DNA of 64,000 nt. It comes from a virus. The notes beneath the pieces were generated by a model. That model saw only the letters and a list, made by a program, of their open reading frames with translations. It searched no databases and was not told the DNA's origin. Below, piece by piece: positions 20,909-30,473 of the stretch. A program made the translations under genes and the position numbers. Each line of letters opens with the position of its first letter. Position 1 is the stretch's first letter. The stretch covers positions 305-64,304 of the IMG/VR virus record IMGVR_UViG_3300045988_183785, one strand, 5' to 3'.

Positions 20909-21475
20909 CTATGCGTCCAGCTCGTACACGATAAGCCCAATACTATCAATAAACTGATAGTGGTTCGCATATTCACGCTGGATGAATTCCTCTCCCTTTG
21001 CCCTGCCCCACTTATTCTCATCACAGATATCCGTAATCATGTCGGACATGGATTCGTAGATACTGGCGATAGGGGTAACAATGACATTTTCGCGCCTAAA
21101 CAACCACATCCGCAGCACCTCGCGGGGAGAGAAAGCCCGACAGAGACTCTGCTCTTCGGGGACAAGGTCGTGCGGCGCACGGGTGCCGTAAATTTCGTGC
21201 TGCTTCACAAGGGTCTTGAGGCGAAGCTCTGCCATGTCGAGAAGCCGCTTCGCTGTTTCGGGGTCGTCCCCTCCAAACTCCATAATGGATATCATCACAT
21301 CCATAAGGGAAAGAGGGTCGTTGACTGCCATTTCTACAGACTTCCGGACAGCGTCGCTTGTGCTGCCTGTGAATTGGCAAACGTCATCAATGAGGTCGTC
21401 ATTATCTTTCTTGTTCTGTTTTTCTTCGTTGCTGGTTCCGTGTTCATAGATTCTACTGTTCTGTTTTCGTTGCAT
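20909..21475 (-). CDS. Hypothetical protein (188 aa)
   Basis: Long ORF on the minus strand. No recognisable motif. Confidence 0.4.
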   Translation of the reverse strand: MQRKQNSRIYEHGTSNEEKQNKKDNDDLIDDVCQFTGSTSDAVRKSVEMAVNDPLSLMDVMISIMEFGGDDPETAKRLLDMAELRLKTLVKQHEIYGTRAPHDLVPEEQSLCRAFSPREVLRMWLFRRENVIVTPIASIYESMSDMITDICDENKWGRAKGEEFIQREYANHYQFIDSIGLIVYELDA

Positions 21476-21981
21476 TTCCCGTGACCTCCTTCTACGCTGC
21501 TACTTTTTCCTTTCTTCCTTTGAAAACGATGACAGTGGCGTGTTTTGTTCGCCATTCGAGATATTGCTCCCGCGTATTGGGCTGGCAAGAGTACATGGAA
21601 ATAGCGCTGACAAGCCGCTGCTTCTATGCCGCAAAAGTGGAGTAAGTGCTTCCTGCGGCAGTGAAAGTCGTCTGCCAGCGCTTATGTTCCATATTCAATA
21701 TCACTCTACCACGATTACATAATTTTGTCAAGTTTACGACTTGTGAAAATTGGAACAATCATGTCTTTCGTGTTGACATTATTCCTAATATAAACTGTGT
21801 TAATTTGTGGGATGTTACAGTTTCGTGTAACATCTTTTAATCATTTGTTAAAGGATTCTGCTCGTTTTTGTGCTAAATGTAGATATTCTTACCAAATATT
21901 ACGTTTTTAGACGTTTTGCTTTTCTCCCTTACGACTTAAATGATTTTGGCACATGAGCCACCCTTTTTACGCCCCGCGTAC

Positions 21982-22010
21982 TTGACATTATTTTATGTTC
22001 GTGCTAATAT
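21982..22010 (+). promoter_or_regulatory. Sigma-A-type promoter with extended -10 (TTGACA-N17-TGcTAATAT)
   Basis: CTTGACATTATTTTATGTTCGTGCTAATAT. It is a member of the conserved 4-copy promoter family. Confidence 0.5.
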
Positions 22011-22032
22011 GAAATCGAAGAAATAAGCCCTT

Positions 22033-24348
22033 TTGGGAGCTTTTAATGCCTGCTGTGAAAGGTCGTGTTTCCACATTAAACTAATACTGGCTGAAAAGAA
22101 ACAGCTTGGCGACTTGATTGCCCAAGCTATTCCCGGTACAGCACATTATGACCGTGGTGCAACCGTGAAAGGTGAATATGTAATCGTCTGTTCGCAAGGA
22201 CATCTTCTTTCTCTGAAGGAGCCTGAGGACTATGATGTCGCGTTTGGGAAATGGGAGTTGTCTGCCTTGCCTATTTATTTCCCGAACTGGCAAACAAAGG
22301 TGAAAGAGTATAACGGGAGAGGCGTGAATCCCAACGAGCGCGTTTCGCGCATTGGGGAGCTTTTGAAGCAGTGTTCCTGTGTAATCCACGCAGGAGACCC
22401 TGATGAAGAGGGGCAGCTTCTTATTGACGAGCTGCTTCGCTGGCACGGTTATCGTGGACCCGTTTACCGTTTGGCGACAGGCGACACCTCTATCCCTGCG
22501 CTGCAGCGTGCGCTCAACAACCTCAAGGATAACCGTCTCTTTGAGAACATGGGGTGGTCTGCTTACGCACGGAGCGTTGCCGACCTTATGGTTGGTGTGA
22601 ATATGAGCCGGTATTATTCGTTGGTCAATAATGCTTCGCTGACAGTTGGACGTGTGCAGTCTCCTACCCTTGGGCTTGTGGTCGAGCGTGATATGCTTAT
22701 CGAAAACCACGTAAAAACTAAATACTATGAGGTCTCAGCGAAGACTTCTGTTGAGGGTAAGGTCGTTGAGACGAAGTACAGGCCGAAGAAAGATGACCCT
22801 CATCTGACTGACGGGCTTATCTTGGAAAGACCTTACGCGGAGAGCAAGTCTGCGATGATTTCCGGAAAACAGTTCTCTGGGGCTGCCGTTACAAAAAAGA
22901 TTTCCAAAGAACAACCGCCTTTGCCGTTTGATATGCTGGAATTGCAGGGTTACTGTTTGAAGAGTTTCGGCTACAAGCTGGACGACACCATGGAAATCAC
23001 GCAGTCTTTACGCGATAACTACAACGCCATTACATATAACCGTACTCAGGTGCGATATCTCCCCGAAAACTACTTTGCGGAAGCTCCCGCCACCTCCCGT
23101 ACCGTTATCGCAAACATAAACACGGTAGGAAAGGGAAATTTCAACCCTATTCTTGGTATGGACTTCAAGACGAAGGGGCGGTGCTTCGACGATTCCAAAA
23201 TTGAAGCCCATTTTGGCATCATTCCTCAAAATGTGAGTCTCGACCTCAACAAGATGACAGAGCGGGAACGAAACGTATATCTTGCCATTTGTAAGTATTA
23301 TCTTATCCAGTTCTTTCCGCCCGCTGAGAAGGAAACAACAAGGCTGGTCGTCCCGCTGCCGGACGGTGCCACTTTAGAGGCGTCCAGCACTGGTGTGCTG
23401 AAACCCGGTTATCTCGTGATGATGCGCGAAGGTGTAGATACGCCCACAGCGTTGAGTATGATACCCGCCGGCAGTTACGATGCCTTTGTTTCCGACGCTC
23501 AGGTCTTAGAGAAGGAAACAAATCCCCCTCCTCGTTACACACAGTACACGCTGGCGAAGGATATGAGCCGTATTGCCAAGTACGTTACGGACCCATTCAT
23601 CAAGAGCACTCTGCTGAAGAAAGATGCCGACGTGGAGGAGAATAACGGGGCTATCGGCACCAGCGCAACACGGGACCAGATAATCTCCGGTCTCATTTCA
23701 AGAGGGTTCTTGCAGGAAAAGGGGAAGTCCCTTATTTCCACTCCGCTTGGACGCGAGTTGTATCGCATTCTCCCCGATTCCCTTCGTGGACCGGACCTCA
23801 CCGCCTTGTGGTGGGTCATTCAAGAGGAGATACATGAGGGGAAGGCGACGCCGGAGAAGCTGGAACAAAACGTTCTGGCTATGCTCAAAGATTTCCTGCA
23901 GCAACCGCATCCTAAAGTGGACCCCAACATTGTCCCGACAAGGAAGGGATTCACGCCGATAGGAGTCTGTCCTCGCTGTGGTGGGAACATCATAGAGGGG
24001 AAAATGGGCTTTGGTTGTTCCAACTGGAAGAGTGGATGTAAGTTTACCATCTGGAAAAAGCCAAAACCGACTCTGTTCCAGCACATCACATTCACAGAGA
24101 AGGATGTCAAAAACTTTCTCGCTGGAAAGCCTGTCCATAAGACGAAGCTGACCAAGAAGGACGGCGGTACATTTGCGGCAGACCTTGTGATGGATGACAG
24201 TCAGCGCAGTGATTGGGGCCCGAACTTTACGCTTCAGTTCAACAGCACCAAACCCGCAGGAGCCTCCTCGCGCTCTGGTGGTGGTCGTTCCGGTAGTCGC
24301 AGTACGTCGCGTGGTTCTTCGCGGAGTCGGCGCTCTGGACGTCGGTGA
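22033..24348 (+). CDS. topB: Type IA DNA topoisomerase (topoisomerase III-like) with a C-terminal zinc ribbon and an RG/S-rich tail
   Basis: The N-terminus IKLILAEKKQLGDLIAQAI fits the TOPRIM start LIIAEKPS. The acidic DPDEEGQ stretch is also TOPRIM-like. The C-terminus has CPRCGG...GCSNWKSGC and an RSGGGRSGSRSTSRGSSRSRRSGRR tail. The called start is TTG and has no clear SD, so the true start is uncertain. Confidence 0.8.
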   Translation: MGAFNACCERSCFHIKLILAEKKQLGDLIAQAIPGTAHYDRGATVKGEYVIVCSQGHLLSLKEPEDYDVAFGKWELSALPIYFPNWQTKVKEYNGRGVNPNERVSRIGELLKQCSCVIHAGDPDEEGQLLIDELLRWHGYRGPVYRLATGDTSIPALQRALNNLKDNRLFENMGWSAYARSVADLMVGVNMSRYYSLVNNASLTVGRVQSPTLGLVVERDMLIENHVKTKYYEVSAKTSVEGKVVETKYRPKKDDPHLTDGLILERPYAESKSAMISGKQFSGAAVTKKISKEQPPLPFDMLELQGYCLKSFGYKLDDTMEITQSLRDNYNAITYNRTQVRYLPENYFAEAPATSRTVIANINTVGKGNFNPILGMDFKTKGRCFDDSKIEAHFGIIPQNVSLDLNKMTERERNVYLAICKYYLIQFFPPAEKETTRLVVPLPDGATLEASSTGVLKPGYLVMMREGVDTPTALSMIPAGSYDAFVSDAQVLEKETNPPPRYTQYTLAKDMSRIAKYVTDPFIKSTLLKKDADVEENNGAIGTSATRDQIISGLISRGFLQEKGKSLISTPLGRELYRILPDSLRGPDLTALWWVIQEEIHEGKATPEKLEQNVLAMLKDFLQQPHPKVDPNIVPTRKGFTPIGVCPRCGGNIIEGKMGFGCSNWKSGCKFTIWKKPKPTLFQHITFTEKDVKNFLAGKPVHKTKLTKKDGGTFAADLVMDDSQRSDWGPNFTLQFNSTKPAGASSRSGGGRSGSRSTSRGSSRSRRSGRR

Positions 24349-24526
24349 TGGTGCATCATAGTTGACATTTTAACATAGTCTATGGTATAGTACAAGTGTT
24401 CTATTTAACAAAGATGTACCAGAACATTTGTTCAAGATGCTTGTTATTTACCTTTGATATCCGAGATAAATAACAAGAATCTTGTTATTGTGCTATATCC
24501 CGTTCAAAACATTAGGAGGTGAACCA

Positions 24527-25075
24527 TTGGACGGGCGAACCCATACTTTTGCCGGATACACGGCAGGATTACTTCTTGTGCAGGCACAAATCTTCGGAGC
24601 ATTTGGACTTCCGGCGCCGGACGGCATTCTTCCGTGTGTCGGAATGGTTGGACTGTCCATGGCGGGCTCCCTCGCGCCTGACATAGACCTTCCGCGCAGC
24701 AGAGCAGGACGACGCAATAGACCCGTGTCCGCTGCCGTAAATGCTCTTTTTGGGCATAGGGGTATTACCCATGCGCCCTTCATTTGGGCGGCACTGTACG
24801 CGGCCTTGAAGCTGCTTTTGGGTGCTGAATGGTTGACCTATATCCTTGCGTTTGTGATTGGTGGAGCGACTCATATTTTGCTCGACCTTTTCAATAAAGC
24901 CGGCGTTCCTTTGCTTTGGCCGATATCCCATCGCTTCTGGATATTCGGAATAAAGACGGACAGTGCTGCTGGTCACGCATTTTCTTTTGTCTTGGCGTGT
25001 GTCGCAGTTCTTTGTTCCATCAATTTCTTCTACGAAGCCGGCGACTACTTAAAGGAGGCGATTTGGTTTGTTTGA
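24527..25075 (+). CDS. YdjM-like membrane-bound metal-dependent hydrolase (DUF457 family)
   Basis: TTG start 7 nt after AGGAGG. Multiple TM helices. Motifs HRGITHAP and GGATHILLDLF are typical of YdjM / LexA-regulon inner-membrane hydrolases. Confidence 0.65.
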   Translation: MDGRTHTFAGYTAGLLLVQAQIFGAFGLPAPDGILPCVGMVGLSMAGSLAPDIDLPRSRAGRRNRPVSAAVNALFGHRGITHAPFIWAALYAALKLLLGAEWLTYILAFVIGGATHILLDLFNKAGVPLLWPISHRFWIFGIKTDSAAGHAFSFVLACVAVLCSINFFYEAGDYLKEAIWFV

Positions 25076-25778
25076 CGCTACAACAACAAAGTCTGAAAAC
25101 GCACAATGGGGTGAGCGCATGGCGACGTATATTGCGCTGATGCGGTGGAACGGCTACTCTGTGCAGGAAATTGCTGATACCTTTGGCATTTCCCGGCAGC
25201 AGGTGTATCTGCATCTGCAGAAGATTCCTTTTCCTAATGATAAGGCCAAAAGGTATCCTCGTCCCGCACTGAATGAAGAGCAGGTAAGGTCTGTGGTCGG
25301 TTTTTTTGTCGCGAATAAGGACGCGCCCATATCCGCCGCTTCAGAGACAACGGGCATTCCTGTTGCGGATGTTGTGATGCTTTGCAACAATATCCGTGGT
25401 GCTCATTCGTGGTATTTCAGCGAGGGTTATCCTCTCATTGCGGATTATCTGAACAGGGAGGGAGTTACGCTTGATTATCTGGAACAGATGGCTGGCGTTC
25501 AGGGACTCGCACAGTATATTTTTTCCACATACCCTTACAAGGAGATGCCGAAGGCTCGTGCTGCTGCGGTAGCCGCAGTAATTGACGTTCCCGCAGACAA
25601 GCTGATGGAGGTGGCTGTTGCGTCCGGAAATATGGCCACAGGTGTGGCAACATCGGATGAAATGGCATTGGTCATCGGCTCAGTAACCGGACGCGAAGCG
25701 AACTCGCGGCTCTTTTTCCGTGGACGCCGTATCAAACCCTCTTTCTCTGCAACTGGAGGTGGTTCTTGTGGTGAATAA
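25068..25778 (+). CDS. HTH-domain protein (sigma-70 region-4-like N-terminus)
   Basis: YSVQEIADTFGISRQQVYLHLQK looks like a sigma-70 region 4 / LuxR-type HTH. TTG start with AAGGAGG upstream. Overlaps the ydjM-like stop codon. Confidence 0.45.
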   Translation: MFDATTTKSENAQWGERMATYIALMRWNGYSVQEIADTFGISRQQVYLHLQKIPFPNDKAKRYPRPALNEEQVRSVVGFFVANKDAPISAASETTGIPVADVVMLCNNIRGAHSWYFSEGYPLIADYLNREGVTLDYLEQMAGVQGLAQYIFSTYPYKEMPKARAAAVAAVIDVPADKLMEVAVASGNMATGVATSDEMALVIGSVTGREANSRLFFRGRRIKPSFSATGGGSCGE

Positions 25779-26301
25779 ATCTGGGCCTGACCTCCAGAGC
25801 GATATCATCGCCGATACTCGCGATTACCCAGATGCTCTGCAGCGCCTCACGATGAAGGGAATCTTGATGGCCGGTGCCATTGTGGTTATCCTCATTGCAA
25901 CGCTTTGCCTGCAGAAGTCCGAATTGAAGGCAATGCTTCCCTTTGCCGGCGTTATCCTCTTGCTGGCAGGATATGTTGTCTATTCTGCCCTACACTTGCG
26001 AACAGAATGGCAGAATGGGGACATCGTGTGTCATATTGCTTTGTGCCGCTCTGTGCGGTCTCGGTCATGGCCACGGGACAGCAAAGAGGTGGTTTTTGTA
26101 ACAGGGGAAGACGAAGGTCAAGAGGCCCATGTGTTTAATCTTCCTGACCGCAAGAACAAAGACCTGTATCCCGGCTTTAAGTACACCATCTATGTTCGTG
26201 CAAGAGATAATACGCATCTCTTGGCCTACAAAGAAATCTATGTGCCTTCCGATGCGAAGGACACAGAAGAGGTCAAGTCGGAGCTTTCTTCGGAAAAGTG
26301 A
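25768..26301 (+). CDS. Hypothetical membrane protein
   Basis: GTG start 5-6 nt after GGAGGTGG. An alternative ATG lies at 25852. Two TM helices (MAGAIVVILIATLCL, LPFAGVILLLAGYVVY). Confidence 0.4.
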   Translation: MVNKSGPDLQSDIIADTRDYPDALQRLTMKGILMAGAIVVILIATLCLQKSELKAMLPFAGVILLLAGYVVYSALHLRTEWQNGDIVCHIALCRSVRSRSWPRDSKEVVFVTGEDEGQEAHVFNLPDRKNKDLYPGFKYTIYVRARDNTHLLAYKEIYVPSDAKDTEEVKSELSSEK

Positions 26302-26302
26302 A

Positions 26303-26332
26303 AAAAGCCGGCCTACGGGCCGGTTTTTTTGC
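26303..26332. terminator. Intrinsic terminator (GC hairpin with flanking A/T runs, possibly bidirectional)
   Basis: AAAAAAGCCGGCC-tacg-GGCCGGTTTTTTTG. Confidence 0.65.
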
Positions 26333-26382
26333 GTTTAGAAGAGGCCTTGCCTTGTGGCAAGACCTCTTTCGTGTTGTGAGAG

Positions 26383-26829
26383 TTAATTGAAAAAGAAGGG
26401 CCTTCCGATTTCTGCATCCTCCTGAGGTTCAGACTCTTCCGGAGTAAAGGCGTTTTCCGGCGTATTGGCCTCGTTCACAAGGCCATCATCGCTGTCCTCG
26501 TCTTCTGTGGCTTCCGCTGCAACAGGGGTCACGCCCCAGTTGAGAATAGCCTCATCCTCCTCGGACAGTGCAATACGCTGCCTTTCAGCGGTATCGCGGA
26601 TTTTCTTGACCATTTTTTCGCGGAAGTTTTTCATGGCGGACTGGATGCGTGTCGCGGCCTGTTCATCTACAACGATAGCAGGCTTTTTACGGCTTTTCGC
26701 CGATACCGTAAAGGCGTTATCCTTCGCAGCGATATCTAACATCGTATTGATGTCTGCGACTGCTTTCAGTCCGTCTGAGACCTGCTGGAGTGCCTGCTGC
26801 TGCTTTGAGTCACTGATAATTGCGGGCAT
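26383..26829 (-). CDS. Hypothetical protein with an acidic C-terminal tail
   Basis: RBS AGGAGAG upstream. The C-terminus is EDEDSDD...EESEPQEDAE. Confidence 0.45.
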   Translation of the reverse strand: MPAIISDSKQQQALQQVSDGLKAVADINTMLDIAAKDNAFTVSAKSRKKPAIVVDEQAATRIQSAMKNFREKMVKKIRDTAERQRIALSEEDEAILNWGVTPVAAEATEDEDSDDGLVNEANTPENAFTPEESEPQEDAEIGRPFFFN

Positions 26830-26852
26830 GGTTTTTCTCTCCTTTTCTTTTT

Positions 26853-27539
26853 TTAGTTAGCGAGTGCGGTATCTGTCTCAGTATCGGCACCTTCGATGAC
26901 CGCGCTCATATCTGCGAGGTAGTAAACATCCGCTGCCTTGTCGTAGTTGATGTGTGCGATAAAACTGCCAAGGTCTTCGCCCGTAGCCTTATCACATACG
27001 CGGATTGTCAGCGTTTCATTGCCGTTATATCCATCCACAAGAATGGAGTCCTGCCACGCAACACCGAATTTGTTTACATCGCGGTAGGTCGCGTCAATTC
27101 CCAGCACATCGTCATACCAAGTAAAGGCTGCAATACTGTTGGTATCCATTGTGTAAAAATCTTGCCGCTTGACCGTTGCGTATTCTTCCGGCATAAAGTA
27201 TAGGGGATATGTCGTACGCTCGCACTTGATATAGAACGCCGCACCGTTGGGGTCGTTGCAGGTGGGATTCAAGTAGATGGCGTTGACGCCGGCATCCTTG
27301 TCGCCCATACCCAGCGTGACCTCATAGCCGGATTCCAGCGTACAGCTCAACTTGATGTCGTTGCGGTACTTGCCATCCCCGATATATCCTTGGGAGTCCT
27401 CTTCACCGTCGGGGATGGGTTCGGGATTTTCGAGGTTGTACTGAGGTTCGCCGGTGTCCTCATCTTTATCTTTCTTTCCACAGCCCACAATGGTCAGTGC
27501 CATAAGCACAGCCAGAGTCAATGCGATGAACTTCTTCAT
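26853..27539 (-). CDS. Lipoprotein (hypothetical)
   Basis: Strong RBS AGGAGG. Signal peptide with lipobox MKKFIALTLAVLMALTIVGCG. Confidence 0.55.
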   Translation of the reverse strand: MKKFIALTLAVLMALTIVGCGKKDKDEDTGEPQYNLENPEPIPDGEEDSQGYIGDGKYRNDIKLSCTLESGYEVTLGMGDKDAGVNAIYLNPTCNDPNGAAFYIKCERTTYPLYFMPEEYATVKRQDFYTMDTNSIAAFTWYDDVLGIDATYRDVNKFGVAWQDSILVDGYNGNETLTIRVCDKATGEDLGSFIAHINYDKAADVYYLADMSAVIEGADTETDTALAN

Positions 27540-27562
27540 ATGGGATTCCTCCTTACGGATTT

Positions 27563-29056
27563 TTACTGTACGGGGTTCGCGTTCTGAGGTGCGGTATCAC
27601 CGCAGAGCACACGGTCTACAAATTGGCAGATGTTGAGCTGTGCGGCGCGTTCGGGAGTGTTTGCTTCCAGCTCCTCCAGCAGCTCCACGGTCGTAACCGT
27701 ACCACTTGTAAGTGTTGCATCTGCACCAGTGACCATGGTCGCGTCATACACGGTTGCAGCCTTTTCTGTCATACGGAATCTTACAATGGAGGGAACCATT
27801 TTTGCGATGCTAACATGGTTCTTCACATACTGTGTCAATTCGCCCTGCGGGATTGCTCCCAGCTTGGCATAGACATCAAACAGCAGCGTTCCGTCGGCGT
27901 TCAGGAGGTCGCTTACCACCGCATTCAGCTTAATGGTTTCATGCCTCCGGTTATGCTCGTCCTTATCGCTGATGGTGTACTCGATAGTGGGGTCATCCGC
28001 ATAGAGTTCCTCGCGCAACGCGGGGTTGTTGTCGTCCACTGTGCGATTGATGGTAATGACAGCCTCGCGTCCAAACATGAGGAAGCTGGTGTCCGTTTCC
28101 CACAGATAATCTCGCACATCTTCCTCATCAGTGGCCAGCCAAGGGTTGACGGCAACTGATGTTCCTCCTGTGCTGTTTACACTGAACTGGTCGATGCGGA
28201 GAATTTGACCGGCGCCGATATATTCAGTCGCGTATTTCCCCACCACAGTGGATGCCATGTCCACATTACACAGCTTGGAGCCAATGGCCACAGCGCAGTT
28301 GTAGACGTCGGCAGGAATGGTTGCTACGGCAAGATTATCCTTAGAGAACTGCGTTCCCGGCAGTATATCGTCTGTGACCTGAATCACCTGCACGCTATCT
28401 CCATGAACGTAGGACGTGGAAACTGTCGTTCCATCAGAACGCTGGAGCGTCGTGGGGTACTGAAACCCGATAGGTGCAGAACGGTTGGCCAGCGTGGTGT
28501 AGACGCAGAAGACAATAGCGGCACCGGCAATGATAGCTGCAGCAGGATAAACGACCTTTTTCAGAAACCGCTTCCCTTTACTTACAGGGACCATGCTCGT
28601 TCCTGCCGCATCACTTGCGGATACGTTCTTTTCCGCCGGTTTGCGCTTCTGCTGCTTTTTCTGCTCCTTTTCCCGCAGCCTCTCGGCCTTCAGCCGTTCT
28701 TCCTCCTGCCGCTTGAGCTCGCGCCAGTCGGGGGTTTCTGCCGTGCCTGAGCTGGGCGTGTCGGTGCTGTGAGTGGGGGATTCCGTGCTCCGAGAGGCTT
28801 CCTTTTTCTCAGGTGCGGAAGGGGGCGCGTCGTCGCCGCCGTTTGCAGCGGGAACAACGATAGTCGTCTGCTTCTTTGCGCTACCAACGCGGCCAGTCAG
28901 CTCTCCGTCTTCCCTGCACTCGTAGAAGCGACTATTGGCGTCATCGAAATATCCGGTACAGATATTCCCAGCACCCAGCTTAAACTGGCGCTTAGGCAGC
29001 TTTTTGATTTGTGCGACTTCCTCAGCAGTGAAAGTCCATGTGTTATCTCTCGCCAT
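27563..29056 (-). CDS. Membrane-anchored protein with a cytoplasmic N-domain, a charged K/E-rich linker, a single TM and an extracellular domain
   Basis: 497-aa ORF with a coiled-coil-like linker RQEEERLKAERLREKEQKKQQKRK and a TM helix VVYPAAAIIAGAAIVFCVYTTL. The C-terminal domain is unassigned, with a weak resemblance to a CpaB/SAF-like fold only. Confidence 0.45.
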   Translation of the reverse strand: MARDNTWTFTAEEVAQIKKLPKRQFKLGAGNICTGYFDDANSRFYECREDGELTGRVGSAKKQTTIVVPAANGGDDAPPSAPEKKEASRSTESPTHSTDTPSSGTAETPDWRELKRQEEERLKAERLREKEQKKQQKRKPAEKNVSASDAAGTSMVPVSKGKRFLKKVVYPAAAIIAGAAIVFCVYTTLANRSAPIGFQYPTTLQRSDGTTVSTSYVHGDSVQVIQVTDDILPGTQFSKDNLAVATIPADVYNCAVAIGSKLCNVDMASTVVGKYATEYIGAGQILRIDQFSVNSTGGTSVAVNPWLATDEEDVRDYLWETDTSFLMFGREAVITINRTVDDNNPALREELYADDPTIEYTISDKDEHNRRHETIKLNAVVSDLLNADGTLLFDVYAKLGAIPQGELTQYVKNHVSIAKMVPSIVRFRMTEKAATVYDATMVTGADATLTSGTVTTVELLEELEANTPERAAQLNICQFVDRVLCGDTAPQNANPVQ

Positions 29057-29080
29057 AGGGCATCATCTTCCTTTCTCTGT

Positions 29081-29536
29081 TTAGCCCTCAAATCCCAATG
29101 CTTTCATCACCGCTATTGCAGCGATAATTGGGATAATATACATAAGAAGTTTTGATGGGCTTGAACTTACATCAGCTTCTGAAAAGACTTTGCCGTTATC
29201 GTAGTAGAGAGTAATTTTCAAAGGCGGCATACTATTTGAAGTCACAACCGTTTTTGTGTGCAAGCCATCAAGCTCATATTCGTATGTGGCTACATAATTT
29301 CTTGCACCAGAGCTCTTTTCGTGATAACGACATTTTATCTGTGTTGCAGAAAGCATATGCCCGCTTTCTTTTGCCTTCGCTATTTTTTTCTCGCCTCTCG
29401 AAAAAATGATTCCTTTTTTGTATAAAACGATTTCAATAGCAAAAACAACGATAGCAGTAAAAACTCCTATCCAGACAGCAGGGTCATACGCCAGCAACTG
29501 TTCCCACGCTTCTTTGAGTCCAATTTGATTGTTCAT
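29081..29536 (-). CDS. Hypothetical membrane protein
   Basis: N-terminal and C-terminal TM helices flanking a ~90 aa soluble domain. Confidence 0.45.
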   Translation of the reverse strand: MNNQIGLKEAWEQLLAYDPAVWIGVFTAIVVFAIEIVLYKKGIIFSRGEKKIAKAKESGHMLSATQIKCRYHEKSSGARNYVATYEYELDGLHTKTVVTSNSMPPLKITLYYDNGKVFSEADVSSSPSKLLMYIIPIIAAIAVMKALGFEG

Positions 29537-29554
29537 ACAACTCTCCCAATTCTA

Positions 29555-29986
29555 TCAACCTACAGTCTCATCAGCCTTGGCTGAAACAGGTTTTTTTAAG
29601 AATGGGTTCGGTCCGGGAAATTCGCCCTTGTACTCTGTGGCGTCAAAAGCCAGAATTGCAAGGACGATGAGCTGGAAGAAAATCATCCAAATAAAAAGTT
29701 TAGGGGTGTGGTAGCTGGTGCGACCTTGATAGTCGACGCCAAGCATAGGTATGAACTTCACCCATATGATAATCCACATGATGAGGTTTACACCCGGTAT
29801 GAGCATCAGCCATATATAGCGAAGGTTCCCAAAAACGGAATAGAATAGGCAAATGATGTTATACACGGGGATAAGCCCCGCCCAAATGGGATACTTGGCC
29901 TTTTTAAGAATAAAGGCAAGAAGTATGCAGGTGGCAACGGTTCGGCCTACAATCCAAAGCAGGCGAAAAGTTTCATAGTGATTCAT
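29555..29986 (-). CDS. Hypothetical polytopic membrane protein
   Basis: Four hydrophobic helices. Confidence 0.45.
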   Translation of the reverse strand: MNHYETFRLLWIVGRTVATCILLAFILKKAKYPIWAGLIPVYNIICLFYSVFGNLRYIWLMLIPGVNLIMWIIIWVKFIPMLGVDYQGRTSYHTPKLFIWMIFFQLIVLAILAFDATEYKGEFPGPNPFLKKPVSAKADETVG

Positions 29987-30041
29987 AGTTTTGTCCTTTC
30001 AGTGTGGAGGCGTAGTTGACAGCCTCAGTGGGTTTAGTAGG

Positions 30042-30275
30042 TTAAATGATGCTCGTGAGCCAACCGAGAACAGTGTAGAAGATGCTCGGTACGAGGAAAT
30101 AGAGTCCGGCCAGAACAGCCAGAATGGTCAATACAACAGACAGTCCCTTTTTCACTACTTTCCGCGCCGCATACAGTGCGGCAATGAGAATCAGCAGACT
30201 CGCGATTTGTGCGGGGGTAAGGGTCAATACCCAAACTTTGATACGTTCAAAAATATTGACAAGTTTTTCAAGCAT
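30042..30275 (-). CDS. Small membrane protein (77 aa, two TM helices; holin-like topology)
   Basis: ATG preceded by GGAGGT. The sequence is hydrophobic throughout. Confidence 0.4.
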   Translation of the reverse strand: MLEKLVNIFERIKVWVLTLTPAQIASLLILIAALYAARKVVKKGLSVVLTILAVLAGLYFLVPSIFYTVLGWLTSII

Positions 30276-30402
30276 AAAATACCTCCGTTGGCAGGTTCCC
30301 GCCACAGCCACATTCTCTAAAGACCGTGGCGGGACTTGCTTTTCTACATTTTCTATATTACCATATTCGAACATAATGTCAAGCGAAAAGCACCATGTAG
30401 AC

Positions 30403-30431
30403 TTGACATTATTTTATATTCGTGTTATAGT
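30403..30431 (+). promoter_or_regulatory. Sigma-A-type promoter with extended -10 (TTGACA-N17-TGtTATAGT)
   Basis: ACTTGACATTATTTTATATTCGTGTTATAGT. It is a member of the conserved 4-copy promoter family. Confidence 0.5.
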
Positions 30432-30473
30432 CGAATTACGATAGAAACATAAAAGACTCGAAAGGAAAGCGTT

